The notes under the pieces: generated by a model
Database searches by the model: none
What the model saw: the letters and a program-made list of their open reading frames with translations, nothing else
What the model was told of the DNA's origin: nothing
DNA from: Macrostomum lignano
Taxonomy: Eukaryota
Assembly (NCBI GenBank): GCA_002269645.1
Contig: NIVC01003280.1
Span: forward strand, 43,340 to 107,339
Length of the DNA stretch: 64,000 nucleotides
Direction of reading: 5' to 3'
Part shown: one piece after another, positions 52,312 through 64,000 of the stretch
How positions within the stretch are numbered: position 1 is the first letter of the stretch
Layout of the letters: every line of letters begins with the position of its first letter
Translations under genes and position numbers: made by a program

Positions 52312-54771
52312 ATGAATGGTCAGGCAGTTGGCCCGCAGCCAGATAATGCCACCGGCGCAACTGGCTGCAAAACTGTCGCCTCGGCTATTCAGCTCTCCTC
52401 AATAGCCAGTAAGAATCAAAGTACTCTTAGTACTTTGCTCGCCAATGGCTGCGTTGGCAGCTCTGCAATAAACAAATTATCCGCAGGTGTAAATATTGAA
52501 GCTACACAAAAGTACATTGTTATATTGCAAGAGAAAATACGCGAATATGAGCGAGCATTGGATGGCGTCCGCGCCCAGTTGAAGTCGCAGGCGTCTCGCG
52601 CTGTGGTGGAGCTGGATGGCTGTTTAAGTACCGATTGCGCTAGGCAGGAGCGGACAAAACGCCGGCTTGAGCAGGAGCACGGCGAGCTCAAGGCCAAAGC
52701 GCACAAGCTGCAAAGGACTGTGAAGAAGCTTCAATACAAATTGGCTGATCTGAGGGCTAATGGCATTCCGATCGATGTAAGTCGTTTTTATGAAGAAAAA
52801 AATGCCAGGCTTAATTGGGGACTTCTACTTAAAACTGGAGAATTCTACTTAGAACTGGGTAATTCTACTGAAAATTTGGGAATTCTACTGAAAATTGAGA
52901 AATACTGCTGAAAATTGGGGAATTCTACTGAAAATTTAGGATATATACTAGAAATTAGGAATTCTACTGAAAATTGGAGAATTCTACTGAAAATTTAGGA
53001 TATCTACTAGAAATTAGGGAATTCTACTGAAAATTGGAGAATTCTACTGAAAATTTAGGATATATACTAGAAATTAGGAATTCTACTGAAAATTGGAGAA
53101 TTCTACTGAAAATTTAGGATATCTACTAGAAATTAGGGAATTCTACTGAAAATTTGGGAATTCTACTGAAAATTGGAGAATTCCGCTAAAAATTTTGGAA
53201 TTCGACTAGAAATTTGGGAATTCTTTGCCAGGCCAATGCCAGTATATTTACTGTCTATATTTATGCATATCAGAGAATTTCACACTGTCGAGTTAAGCAT
53301 CGTTGGTCGCGGTTAGTATGCAGCTGAATGTGCTGCCAGTGTCACGACCTCTGGTTCGATTCCGTGAGCCGCTAAGTTAATTTAGGGCTTGTGCACGAAA
53401 AAAAATTGGCCAGGGGGTTGTCGTATGATTAACACCTGTGTAAATCGTCAGGAAAAGTCAAGGCCGCTGTAGCGGCTGTACACCCTCTGTGAGCGTGTGT
53501 GTGAGTGCGTGCTCAGATGTCAGCGCATGTACACACGCATATATGCTTTCACCCAGACGCAATAACGGAATCGAACCTGGTTTCTTTGTCGCGAGAGCTG
53601 CTCTTCTGAGTTCATTATCTCACTGTTTAAACAGGTCGTACCAGACGATTACGTGCGCCAGCTGCAGCAGCACAGGGACGCTGGAGTAGCTGAGCCCGCC
53701 ATCTCCTCCTCGGCCTCGTCTGTTTCCGCTGTACATCGCCAAAACCCGGCCGCCTTCGCTGCAACATCAGCCTCGGCTTTGAACTCCGTCGTGCACCGGA
53801 CGGCCTCTTCTAGCGACCTGCTGCCCGGCCCGAGCCGCCGGCAGCCTGCCGAAGACCCGGAGCCGAACCCTGCCAATGTCGATAATTCGAATAACGGCGT
53901 TGGCGACGCTGCGCCTAGCGTTGCTATGGGCAGATTCTCTGATGCCGACCGGTTGACCCTGTCCTCGTCTGACCCGTCGGCGCCTCTCATTTCGACGTCG
54001 CCGCCGTCGCTGCCGCTAATTCAGTCGCAGCAGTCTTCGTCGTTGCTGCTGCCGGCAAATTCGTCCGCAGGCAACTCTTCGTCGGCCGAATCTGTCGAGC
54101 AGCTGCGGCTGTACTACGAGCGTCGGTTAATCGAACAGCAGGCCGCTTTCGCCGCCGAACTGGACTCTCTACGCCTGCGCGCCTCCGACGAAGCCGGCGA
54201 TATTCAACGATTAGTAGACACGGAGCTGAAGAACCTGCGCTACGACCAGCAGGAGCTGGCTGCCTCCGCCGATGACGGGCACAAAGAGCTTGAAAAGATG
54301 AAGGTCTTCCTCACCAACCTGTCTAAGGAGATGAGCCGCATGCTGCTAGTTGATCAGCAGATTGACGATATGAATAATCGACTAGCTGTCATCACCCGAG
54401 ACCTAGTGCAGAGCCATCAATCCGCCTGCTCCTCTCATCATCATCATAATCGCCCGGATGCTGGCCAGGGCGGAGCGGCCAGCGCTCGCCTACTCAATAT
54501 GCTGGTTGCCCTGCTCTCCTACGCTTTCGTAGCCGCCTCCTGTTTAGTTAATCTGCTGATCTGGTTACTCCGTCTGCCTGGCAGTCGGCCGTTCTCCGCC
54601 GCTTGTCTGACTGTCTGCGCCGCTCCGCTGCTTATTCTGTGGCTTGGCGGCGACGGTGGCGGCGTCTGGTTGGCGCAGACTTTGCCAGATTTGATTGTCA
54701 GGCACCTGCCGTTGAGTGCCAGGCGCCAGCTCAGCAACCTGCTGCTGAGGCTTAATGCCACGCTCGCTTAA
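52312..54771 (+). CDS. TMCC/TEX28-family transmembrane and coiled-coil protein (dementin-like), divergent
   Basis: Exons ~52312-52776 (GAT|gtaagt) and 53635-54771 (acag|GTC; TAA), phase 0. First coiled coil IVILQEKIRE...LQRTVKKLQYKLADLRANGIP resembles the TMCC pattern LQQKI...LQKKLEHYHRKLREVEQNGIP. A second coiled coil is followed by two hydrophobic helices (LLNMLVALLSYAFVAASCLVNLL; FSAACLTVCAAPLLILW). The 5' end is uncertain. Confidence 0.75.
52830..53225. repeat. ~19-20-bp minisatellite in the TMCC intron
   Basis: gaattctactgaaaatt(t/g)g alternating with ggatat(a/c)tactagaaattag. Confidence 0.93.
53290..53460 (+). mobile_element. Possible tRNA-derived SINE remnant in the TMCC intron
   Basis: A-box-like tggtcgcggttag and B-box ggttcgattcc (~53354) at tRNA-like spacing; no complete cloverleaf. 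Confidence 0.35.
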
Positions 54772-54774
54772 CCA

Positions 54775-55840
54775 CGCTTAGCTATGTCCTCAGATGACCT
54801 CAGACCGTAGCTTAGCCCAGCTGTGACCCCATGTGACCTCAGACCGTAGCTTAGCTCAGCTGTGACCCCATGTGATCTCAGACCGTAGCTTAGCCCAGCT
54901 GTGACCCCATGTGACCTCAAAACGTAGCTTAGCCCAGATGTGACCCCATGTGACCTCAAAACGTAGCTTAGCCCAGATGTGACCTCAGACCGTAGCTTAG
55001 CCCAGCTGTGACCCCATGTGACCTCAAAACGTAGCTTAGCCCAGATGGGACCTCAGACCGTAGCTTAGCCCAGCTGTGACCCCATGTGACCTCAAAACGT
55101 AGTTTAGCTCAGCCCTGACCCCCCATGTGACCTCAGATCGTAGCTTAGCTCAGCCCTGACCCCCATGTGACCTCAGATCGTAGCTTAGCTCAGCCCTGAC
55201 CCCCATGTGACCTCAGACCGTAGCTTAGCCCAGCTGTGACCCCATGTGACCTCAGACCGTAGCTTAGCTCAGCTGTGACCCCATGTGATCTCAGACCGTA
55301 GCTTAGCTCAGCCCTGACGCCCATGTGACGTCAACTCGTAGCTTAGCTCAGCTGTGACCCCATGTGACCACAAAACCGTAGCTTAGCTCAGCGCAGACCC
55401 CATGTGACCCCAGACCGTATCTTAGCTCAGTTCGGACCTCATGTGACCTCAGATCGTAGCTTAGCTCAGCTGTGACCTCATGTGACCTCAGATCGTAGCT
55501 TAGCTCAGCTCTGACCCTATATGACCCCAGACCGTATCTTAGCTCAGCTCTGACCTCATGTGACCTCAGATCGTAGCTTAGCTCAGCTGTGACCCCATGT
55601 GACCTCAAAACCGTAGCTTAGCTCAGCCCTGACGCCCATGTGACGTCAACTCGTAGCTTAGCTCAGCTGTGACCCCATGTGACCACAAAACCGTAGCTTA
55701 GCTCAGCGCAGACCCCATGTGACCCCAGACCGTATCTTAGCTCAGTTCGGACCTCATGTGACCTCAGATCGTAGCTTAGCTCAGCTGTGACCCCATGTGA
55801 CCTCAAAACCGTAGCTTAGCTCAGCTGTGACCCATGTGAC
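54775..55840. repeat. ~39-bp minisatellite starting just after the TMCC stop codon
   Basis: gacctcagaccgtagcttagc(c/t)cagctgtgaccccatgt. Confidence 0.96.
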
Positions 55841-56859
55841 GTTAACACCCATTGATAGAGATATTTGGCCCTGTATCCCTCTTTCCAAGACTGTTGGTTT
55901 TATTGACGTCATTTCATTTAGATTATCTTGATTCTCGAAAACAATGAATTTGCCAGTGATATTGCATGACCTAGTCAGTAGGCTTTTATTCGTAATTTTT
56001 TAAGACATCACACAGTGTGCTTATTTGGTTATATTGTTATTGTTATTGTTTTACTGCTGCCATAAAAATAATTTTAACGCCGTTTCAAGGTTGAACCTTG
56101 ATGTTTCGAATGTATTTTCTATTAAGGAAAGCGCGAAGTAATTTTCAGACTGCTTCTGGCAGTGGCAACCCAGTTAAATAGAAAAGCACACCAGCTACAT
56201 TTCAATAATTTTCTTATTCTAACAAGTGAGCTTTCCTTATTGAACAGCTATTTTTTATTCTCCTTTTTGTCGCCCAACTTGTGGCGTGTATAAACTGTTC
56301 ATTATTGGCTTCTGTTATTAAGTGATTGTTTTCAACAATTTCTCTCCGCATGGAATCTCAGTCTTGAGTAGTGCAGCAGCACAATTTGCCAGATTGGTTA
56401 TTTTTCACTCGTCTGTTTATTTATTTATTTTTTAAGCCCCCTTTTTGTAGTTTTGCACAGCCAACCTGGCCGTTAGTTTCTCTCTTTCTCTATTATTGTT
56501 TTCTAGGCTTTCACAATAATGTTAATAAAAAATAGTGTTCTTCATAATGGTAGATTTTCTTGGTTTTAGCTTAGCATTGTTGTAAAGTTTAATTGTGTCT
56601 AGCAGAATGATTCAGTTGTATTGATATTACCTATCTATTGCTTCTTAAATCTTTTTTAATTGCAATGAATGTATAAAAATATATATTTATATGCTTGTAA
56701 ATCCGTGACGTCACCTCTGCGCCGCTACCAAGATTTCCTGAGCTCTTAGCGGATAAAATCATACTTGCGCATTGGCCTGTCTTCGTTGAGTCATTTAGGT
56801 CTCTGATTTAGCTCATTTGTAATCATCTAAGTTCCTCGGTTTCTGTGCTGAGCCACCCT

Positions 56860-58345
56860 ACTAAATCTTGTTGCTGGGCCAGCCTCCCAGATCCTCTGTT
56901 GCTGCGCCCGCCTCCCAGATCCTCAGTTGCTGGGCCAGCCTCCCAGTGTCAGTTGCTGGGCCAGCCTCCCAGATCCTCAGTTGCTGGGCCAGCCTCCCAG
57001 ATCCTCAGTTGCTGGGCCAGCCTCCCAGATCCTCAGTTGCTGGTCCAGCCTCCCAGATCCTCAGTTTCTGGGCCAGCCTCCCAGAGTGTCAGTTGCTGGG
57101 CCAACCTCCCAGATCCTCAGTTGCTGGTCCAGCCTCCCAGATCCTCAGTTGCTGGGCCAGCCTCCCAGAGTGTCAGTTGCTGGGCCAGCCTCTCAGATCC
57201 TCAGTTGCTGGGCCAGCCTCCCAGATCCTCAGTTGCTGGGCCAGCCTCTCATAGTGTCAGTTGCTGGTCCAGCCTCCCAGATCCTCAGTTGCTGGGCCAG
57301 CCTCCCAGATCCTCAGTTTCTGGGCCAGCCTCCCAGATCCTCAGTTGCTGGGCCAGCCTCCCAGATCCTCAGTTTCTGGGCCAGCCTCCCAGATCCTCAG
57401 TTGCTGGGCCAGCCTCCCAGATCCTCAGTTGCTGGGCCAGCCTCCAAGAACCCCAGTTGCTGGGCCAGCCTCCCAGATTGTCAGTTGATGGGCCAGACTT
57501 TCAGATCCTCAGTTTCTGGGCCAGCCTCTCAGAGAGTCAGTTGCTGGGCCAGCCTCTCAGATCCTCAGTTGCTGGGCCAGCCTCTCAGAGTGTCAGTTGC
57601 TGGGCCAGCCTCCCAGTGTCAGTTGCTGGGCCAGCCTCCCAGATCCTCAGTTGCTGGGCCAGCCTCCCAGATCCTCAGTTGCTGGGCCAACCTCCCAGAT
57701 CCTCAGTTGCTGGGCCAACCTCCCAGATCCTCAGTTGCTGGGCCAACCTCCCAGATCCTCAGTTGCTGGGCCAGCCTCCCAGAGTGTCAGTTGCTGGGCC
57801 AGCCTCCCAGAGTCTCAGTTGCTGGGCCAGCCTCCCAGATCCTCAGTTGCTGGGCCAGCCTCTCAGAGTGTCAGTTGCTGGGCCAGCCTCCCAGATCCCC
57901 AGTTGCTGGTCCAGCCTCCCAGATCCTCAGTTGCTGGGCCAGCCTCTCAGAGTGTCAGTTGCTGGGCCAGCCTCCCAGTGTCAGTTGCTGGGCCAGCCTC
58001 CCAGATCCTCAGTTGCTGGGCCAGCCTCTCAGAGTGTCAGTTGCTGGGCCAGCCTCCCAGATCCTCAGTTGCTGGGCCAGCCTCTCAGAGTGTCAGTTGC
58101 TGGGCCAGCCTCCCAGTGTCAGTTGCTGGGCCAGCCTCCCAGATCCCCAGTTGCTGGTCCAGCCTCCCAGATCCTCAGTTGCTGGGCCAGCCTCCCAGAT
58201 CCTCAGTTGCTGGGCCAGCCTCCCAGATCCCCAGTTGCTGGTCCAGCCTCCAAGATCCTCAGTTGCTGGGCCAGCCTCCCAGTGTCAGTTGCTGGGCCAG
58301 CCTCCCAGATCCCCAGTTGCTGGTCCAGCCTCCCAGATCCTCAGT
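56860..58345. repeat. 28-bp minisatellite (~50 copies)
   Basis: agatcctcagttgctgggccagcctccc with an agagtgtcag variant; source of the ORFs at 56845-58416. Confidence 0.97.
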
Positions 58346-58635
58346 CGCTGTGCCAGCGCCACTCTCGCAGAGCCTCGGGTAATCTAACCACTAAATATCC
58401 GGAATATTCCATCTGAAATCCAATCAATCTCTCATGCCAGAATAGTGTCTCAAATTTAGCCTTGGATCTCACTACAGTAGCCGCGCGCAATTCGCCCCCT
58501 GCTTTGATATTAGTTTTCCCATCTCGTTGGCTCAGGCCCGGTCCCTACAGTGAGAATAATTAAGCCGCATCCGAGCTATAGCCCCCCCCCCCCCCCCCTG
58601 TCTGCAGGCAGTTTGGCTGTCCCTCAGTCGCGCCC

Positions 58636-59118
58636 TGTAGCCAAGCAACACAGTGGAAGCCTCCCACTCAGTACGTTAAAAGTGCATTTGCTAGCTAGTA
58701 GTTGGTATAAAGCAGCTGGGCGAAGTGAAATTGCAATCTCCGCAGTCTTATTTTTTTTCTACTCCAACGGCGCGCACGCAATGGTCCGCAAGGCTCCTTT
58801 CTCGGGCTCCTACGCTTACATTGTAAGGCTTTAGACCATCGCTAGAGAGTTCATTCTAGCGAAAACTGTTCCAAACCCTTAACTGCGTGCACCCTGTGCT
58901 TCGCGAGTCATGCACTTTTAATACCTCCCCTTCCAGCGTCCTAATTTGTTCATCCTCGACCAGGTCTGTTCGCGTTTTAGTGTCTACCGCTATCCAGGAC
59001 TACTAATGGTGCGGGTTCGTGGCCTACGAGTATCGATTTATATTAATGTCGTGTGCTTTGGTCTGTTATGGGATTGTTTTAGTTAAGTCTGGTGTGTCGC
59101 ATTGATTTAATGGTTACA
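58636..59118 (-). mobile_element. Possible solo/remnant LTR
   Basis: Termini tgtagcc...ggttaca (6/7 inverted). On the minus strand it is followed by the PBS-like gggcgcgactgagggac. No TSD. Confidence 0.35.
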
Positions 59119-59139
59119 ACTAGTCAGCCAGAGGACACA

Positions 59140-61150
59140 GCCAAATTTATTCATGCAGATAGTTAGACAGACAGTTAAACAGTTAGACAGACAGACATAC
59201 TGTGACATTTATTCATGCAGATAGTTAGACAGACGGTTAGACAGTTAGACAGACAGACATACTGTGACATTTATTCATGCAGATAGTTAGACAGACAGTT
59301 AGACAGTTAGACAGACAGACATACTGTGACATTTATTCATGCAGATAGTTAGACAGACACTGTGACATTTATTCATGCAGATAGTTAGACAGACACTGTG
59401 ACATTTATTCATGCAGATAGTTAGACAGACACTGTGACATTTATTCATGCAGATAGTTAGACAGACGGTTAGACAGTTAGACAGACAGACACTGTGACAT
59501 TTATTCATGCAGATAGTTAGACAGACAGTTAGACAGTTAGACAGACAGACATACTGTGACATTTATTCATGCAGATAGTTAGACAGACGGTTAGACAGTT
59601 AGACGGACAGACACTGACATTTATTCATGCAGATAGTTAGACAGACAGTTAGACAGTTATACAGACAGACACTGTGACATTTATTCATGCAGATAGTTAG
59701 ACAGACACTGTGACATTTATTCATGCAGATAGTTAGACAGACACTGTGACATTTATTCATGCAGATAGTTAGACAGACAGTTAGACAGTTAGACAGACAG
59801 ACACTGTGACATTTATTCATGCAGATAGTTAGACAGACAGACACTGTGACATTTAGACATGCAGACATGCAGACACTGATATTTAGACATGCAGACATGC
59901 AGACACTGATATTTAGACAGGCAGACAGACACTGGTATTTAGACAAGCAGACATGCAGGCAGACAGACACTGATATTTAGACATGCAGACATGCAGGCAG
60001 ACAGACACTGGTATTTAGACATGCAGACATGCAGACACTGATATTTAGACATGCAGACATGCAGACACTGATATTTAGACAGGCAGACAGACACTGATAT
60101 TTAGACATGCAGACATGCAGACACTGATATTTAGACATGCAGACATGCAGACACTGATATTTAGACATGCAGACATGCAGACACTGATATTTAGACAGGC
60201 AGACAGACACTGATATTTAGACATGCAGACACTGATATTTAGACATGCAGACATGCAGGCAGACAGACACTGATATTTAGACATGCAGACACGCAGACAC
60301 TGATATTTAGACATGCAGACATGCAGACACTGATATTTAGACATGCAGGCACACAGACACTGGTATTTAGACATGCAGACATGCAGACACTGATATTTAG
60401 ACATGCAGACATGCAGGCAGACAGACACTGGTATTTAGACATGCAGACATGCAGACACTGATATTTAGACAGGCAGACATGCAGACACTGATATTTAGAC
60501 ATGCAGACATGCAGACACTGATATTTAGACATGCAGACATGCAGACACTGATATTTAGACATGCAGACATGCAGGCAGACAGACACTGGTATTTAGACAT
60601 GCAGACATGCAGACACTGATATTTAGACAGGCAGACATGCAGACACTGATATTTAGACATGCAGACATGCAGACACTGATATTTAGACATGCAGACATGC
60701 AGACACTGATATTTAGACATGCAGACATGCAGGCAGACAGACACTGGTATTTAGACATGCAGACATGCAGACACTGATATTTAGACATGCAGACATGCAG
60801 ACACTGATATTTAGACATGCAGACATGCAGGCAGACAGACACTGGTATTTAGACATGCAGACATGCAGGCAGACAGACAGACACTGATATTTAGACATAT
60901 AGACATGCAGGCAGGCAGACAGACACTGACATATAGACATGCAGGCAGACAGACACTGACATATAGACATGCAGGCAGACAGACACTGACATATAGACAT
61001 GCAGACAGACAGACACTGACATACAGACATGCAGGCAGACAGACACTGACATATAGACATGCAGGCAGACAGACACTGACATATAGACATGCAGGCAGAC
61101 AGACACTGACATATAGACATGCAGGCAGACAGACACTGGCATATAGACAT
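59140..61150. repeat. Compound GACA-based minisatellite with a changing monomer
   Basis: A 36-62-bp gacatttattcatgcagatagttagacag... unit, then 30-bp gacatgcagacatgcagacactgatattta, then 30-bp gacatgcaggcagacagacactgacatata. Confidence 0.95.
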
Positions 61151-61343
61151 GCAGACTGGGACATGTGGTCATGCAGACAGACAGACGGGAACTGACATTA
61201 GGACAGAGCACACGGAGACAGTAAAACATTAGATGAATGGCTGACAATGACTCATCTATCATGCACGTGACTCATCAATCCCAAATATGACCATTGCCAT
61301 GATATCATGCATCATTAATCTAATTCCTACATTAATAAATGTT

Positions 61344-61586
61344 CGTCTCTCCCTACATCTCCCTCCACTCCAGGCTTCAACCTCGTCTCCGTACTTTCAG
61401 TCTGAGGATTCTACAAAGAAATCCGCCGCTAGCCGTGGCGCCAATTCAAAATCGCAAAATCGCAAGCGCCGCTCCCAGCCGGTGCCAATCGCTTACGAAG
61501 AGTCGGTCGGTGAGGCTGCTGACGAACTGGTTGCCGCGCGCCGGCGCCGGCCAAGTGGGAGGCGCAGCTGGCTAACATTAAACTGA
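61344..61586 (+). CDS. Candidate orphan terminal exon, product unknown
   Basis: Pyrimidine tract plus ccag acceptor at 61343, then an open frame ASTSSPYFQSEDSTKK...NRKRRSQ...RRRRPSGRRSWLTLN-stop. No upstream exons identified. Confidence 0.3.
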   Translation, partial: RLSLHLPPLQASTSSPYFQSEDSTKKSAASRGANSKSQNRKRRSQPVPIAYEESVGEAADELVAARRRRPSGRRSWLTLN

Positions 61587-61799
61587 TGCGAGCGGATAAA
61601 AGTGCTCCAGTTGACAATATGGGCTGTCACACTCTCGCCGACGGGGCGGCCGAACCCAAGGTTTGTTTGTTTTGAGAGTGCATTAATTTAGCTGGGCACA
61701 CTGCTGCGGTGTGAAGTAGAAGCTCTGAGCAGGGGCGTGGCCAGCATTCTTCATTGAGGGCTGCCGTTTCATTTAAGGGGATGCCATTAATTTGAGGGC

Positions 61800-62792
61800 A
61801 GCACCAGGGGCGCCGGCACCAAGGAGCGCCAGCACCAAGGAGCGCCAGCACCAAGGGCGCCAGCACCAAGGGCGCCAGCACCAGGGCGCCAGCATCAGTG
61901 TCGCCAGCACCAGAAGCGCTAACACCTGTAGTAACTGAGTCAGAGGCCGTGTTTGCTGTGTAGCCAAACTCTTATAAATCTCGCCGCGCTGGGCACGCGT
62001 CTATATATTATGGAGTTAGAATTGGGGTGGCGGCACCACCCCACTCCGCAGCCAATCAGACTGCCCGGCGTACCATACTGTGCGTACGCACACTACATCT
62101 CTCCCCTTTCGAATAGAGACTGAGAGAGAAGAAAATCGATTTAAACGTAACTCGAAAATACAAAGTTCGAAAGATTCACCGATGATGCGCATTGAAAATG
62201 GAGATTAAAATATTGAGGAAATAAAATATTTGAATTGAATGCAGCAAAAACGTAAAAAAACTTCAGTCCGCATATTACGGAAGAAAGTCAGTTAATTTCA
62301 GTCATTGCAGGATTTCAAATTCAGTCCTTGTAGATTTTCACGCCCGCCCGAGCAGCGCGGGGGCGGGCGCAGCGCCATCGGGGAGGCGGGTGGATCTCGG
62401 GCCGCCTCGCCCGAAGCTCTCGGTGCAGCGGTCTGCGTCTGGGCGCCGGCGTCGCGAGCGTACGCACACTACACACACCAAGGGACCAGCACCAGGAGCG
62501 CCAGCACCAAGGGCGCCAGCACCAAGGGCGCCAGCACCAGGAGCGCCAGCACCAAGGGCGCCAGCACCAAGGGCGCCAGCACCAATGGCGCCAGCACCAG
62601 GAGCGCCAGCACCAAGGGCGCCAGCACCAAGGCGCCAGCACCAAGGGCGCCAGCACCAGGAGCAGCCACCAAGGGCGCCAGCACCAAGGGCGCCAGCACC
62701 AGGAGCGCCAGCACCAAGGGCGCCAGCACCAAGGGCGCCAGCACCAGGAGCGCCAGCACCAAGGCGCCAGCACCAAGGGCGCCAGCACCAGG
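61800..62792. repeat. 15-bp minisatellite split by an insertion
   Basis: agcaccaagggcgcc at 61800-61915 and 62476-62792. Confidence 0.92.
61927..62475. mobile_element. 549-bp TG...CA insertion within the 15-bp array
   Basis: Starts tgtagt and ends actacaca, flanked by cacc on both sides. The internal 16-mer gcgtacgcacactaca occurs twice (62082, 62458). Confidence 0.55.
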
Positions 62793-63669
62793 GACGTCAG
62801 TAACCCTCATAAGTTTAAGCTACAGTAGGGACACAGTGTGGAGAGTAGCGATCCGCCCCCGCAGTCTAAATAGTTCGATGATAAATCGATTCCACAAAGT
62901 GACGACTGCCCACTAACCTGGCAAAATATATCATATTTGATTGATGATTTTTCAGGCTTTAAGCTGAACTGGGTGCGCCTCCCGTCCTATGTTTGATGCT
63001 GCAAGCAACAGTAGTTGCTGCATTTCCAATTTGCGTGAGACGGAGGCGGAGAGAGAGAGAGTTGCCAGGGTTAGGACAGGAGAACCTACATCTAGCTGCT
63101 ATAGCTTATAGCTACTCAAACTTAATTAGCCTGCTCATCAGCCGCAGTCGTTATCGCAGATCTGACTGAGAGAGATCGGCTCCTTATCATCAGCCGCCGA
63201 GCGAATTCGATTCCGCCCAATGTCTCTCTATCTTAGAAAGAGTCCAATTTTCTTATTTCTCCTCCCTGTCCCGTCGCTGCCTGCCTGCGTTATTATTTAG
63301 AAGCAAAATTTTGAGGACCTGCCTGACAGCGGGCGGGAGGCCGTTTTCTTCTTGTACTCGTAAGGATTTTGAATCCGGGGATTTCCGTGTCTATTATATA
63401 TTGATTCTTCCCACTCAATTACTGCCGCCCGTATCTCTCTGTATTGCCTGAGGCAGGGGTGTCGGCCTTCACTGCGCCTCTTTTTATTTATCTCTAGCTA
63501 TGCCGGCTCAGCCTAGGTGGGTGCGTGCCCTCTCTCGATTCTTGCTATCCACTCTCGAGTCTCTTCTTTTAGCTCATCCGCTTCCAGCTAAACACTTCAC
63601 CCTAACCTCTCTGCCCTCTGTCTCAAACCCTCCCTAACCCTTTCTCCTACCCCTCCGATTCTAACCCTG

Positions 63670-64000
63670 TACACCCCTTCCTGACGCCTCTCGTACTCAC
63701 CTCTCTACCCCTTCCTACCTCTCTACGCCTCCTACCCTCTCTACCCCTCCCTACCTCTCTACGCCTCCCTACCCTCTCTACCCCTCCCTACCCTCTCTCT
63801 ATCCCTCCCTACCTCTCTACGCCTCCCTACCCTCTCTACCCTCCCTACCCTCTCTCTACCCCTCCTACCTCTCTACGCCTCCCTACCCTCTCTACCCCTC
63901 CCTACCCTCTCCTACCCTCCTACCTCTCTACGCCTCCCTACCCTCTCTACCCTCCTACCCTCTCTACCCTCCCTACCTCTCTCTACTCCCTACCCTCTCT
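63670..64000. repeat. Pyrimidine-rich minisatellite running off the window end
   Basis: ccctacc(c)tctctac(g)cct variants, preceded by scattered ctaaccct motifs at 63600-63670. Confidence 0.9.

Noticed and set aside
53290-53370. Functional tRNA gene
   Set aside because: B-box present, but no consistent acceptor or anticodon stems; kept only as a possible SINE remnant.
56845-58416. 523-aa and 486-aa proline-rich ORFs
   Set aside because: Translations of the 28-bp minisatellite, whose monomer length is not a multiple of 3 and cycles through frames.
61627-62916. APRAP/WCWRP/LVLAP repeat proteins
   Set aside because: Translations of the 15-bp array, which is split by an insertion; no splice or domain support.

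Overview
Repeat-rich animal (invertebrate) genomic DNA with spliceosomal GT-AG and GC-AG introns and (TTAGGG)n-type repeats. The style resembles flatworm genomes such as Macrostomum, but that is an inference and was not checked. Four host genes can be built from splice signals: the 3' part of a CCCH zinc-finger gene (ZC3H4/6/8 family, +), an EF-hand nicotinamidase (Naam/PNC-1 type, -), a type I membrane protein whose cytoplasmic tail resembles a SEFIR (IL-17 receptor) domain (-), and a TMCC/TEX28-family gene (+). Mobile DNA includes: (1) a ~8.4 kb interval between ~200-bp inverted repeats encoding a spliced Mutator/NOF-type (Rehavkus-like) DDE transposase fused to a Ulp1 SUMO protease and a PHD finger; (2) a decayed Gypsy LTR retrotransposon with a tRNA-Lys PBS; (3) three TIR elements with 8-9 bp TSDs; (4) two tandem non-autonomous Helitron-like elements with shared ends, each filled with a ~5.5-6 kb satellite of related 22-23-bp monomers, one also carrying telomeric repeats. 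Over 20 distinct mini/microsatellite arrays explain most long ORFs in the six-frame track, which are not genes. No CRISPR, rRNA or intact tRNA gene was found.
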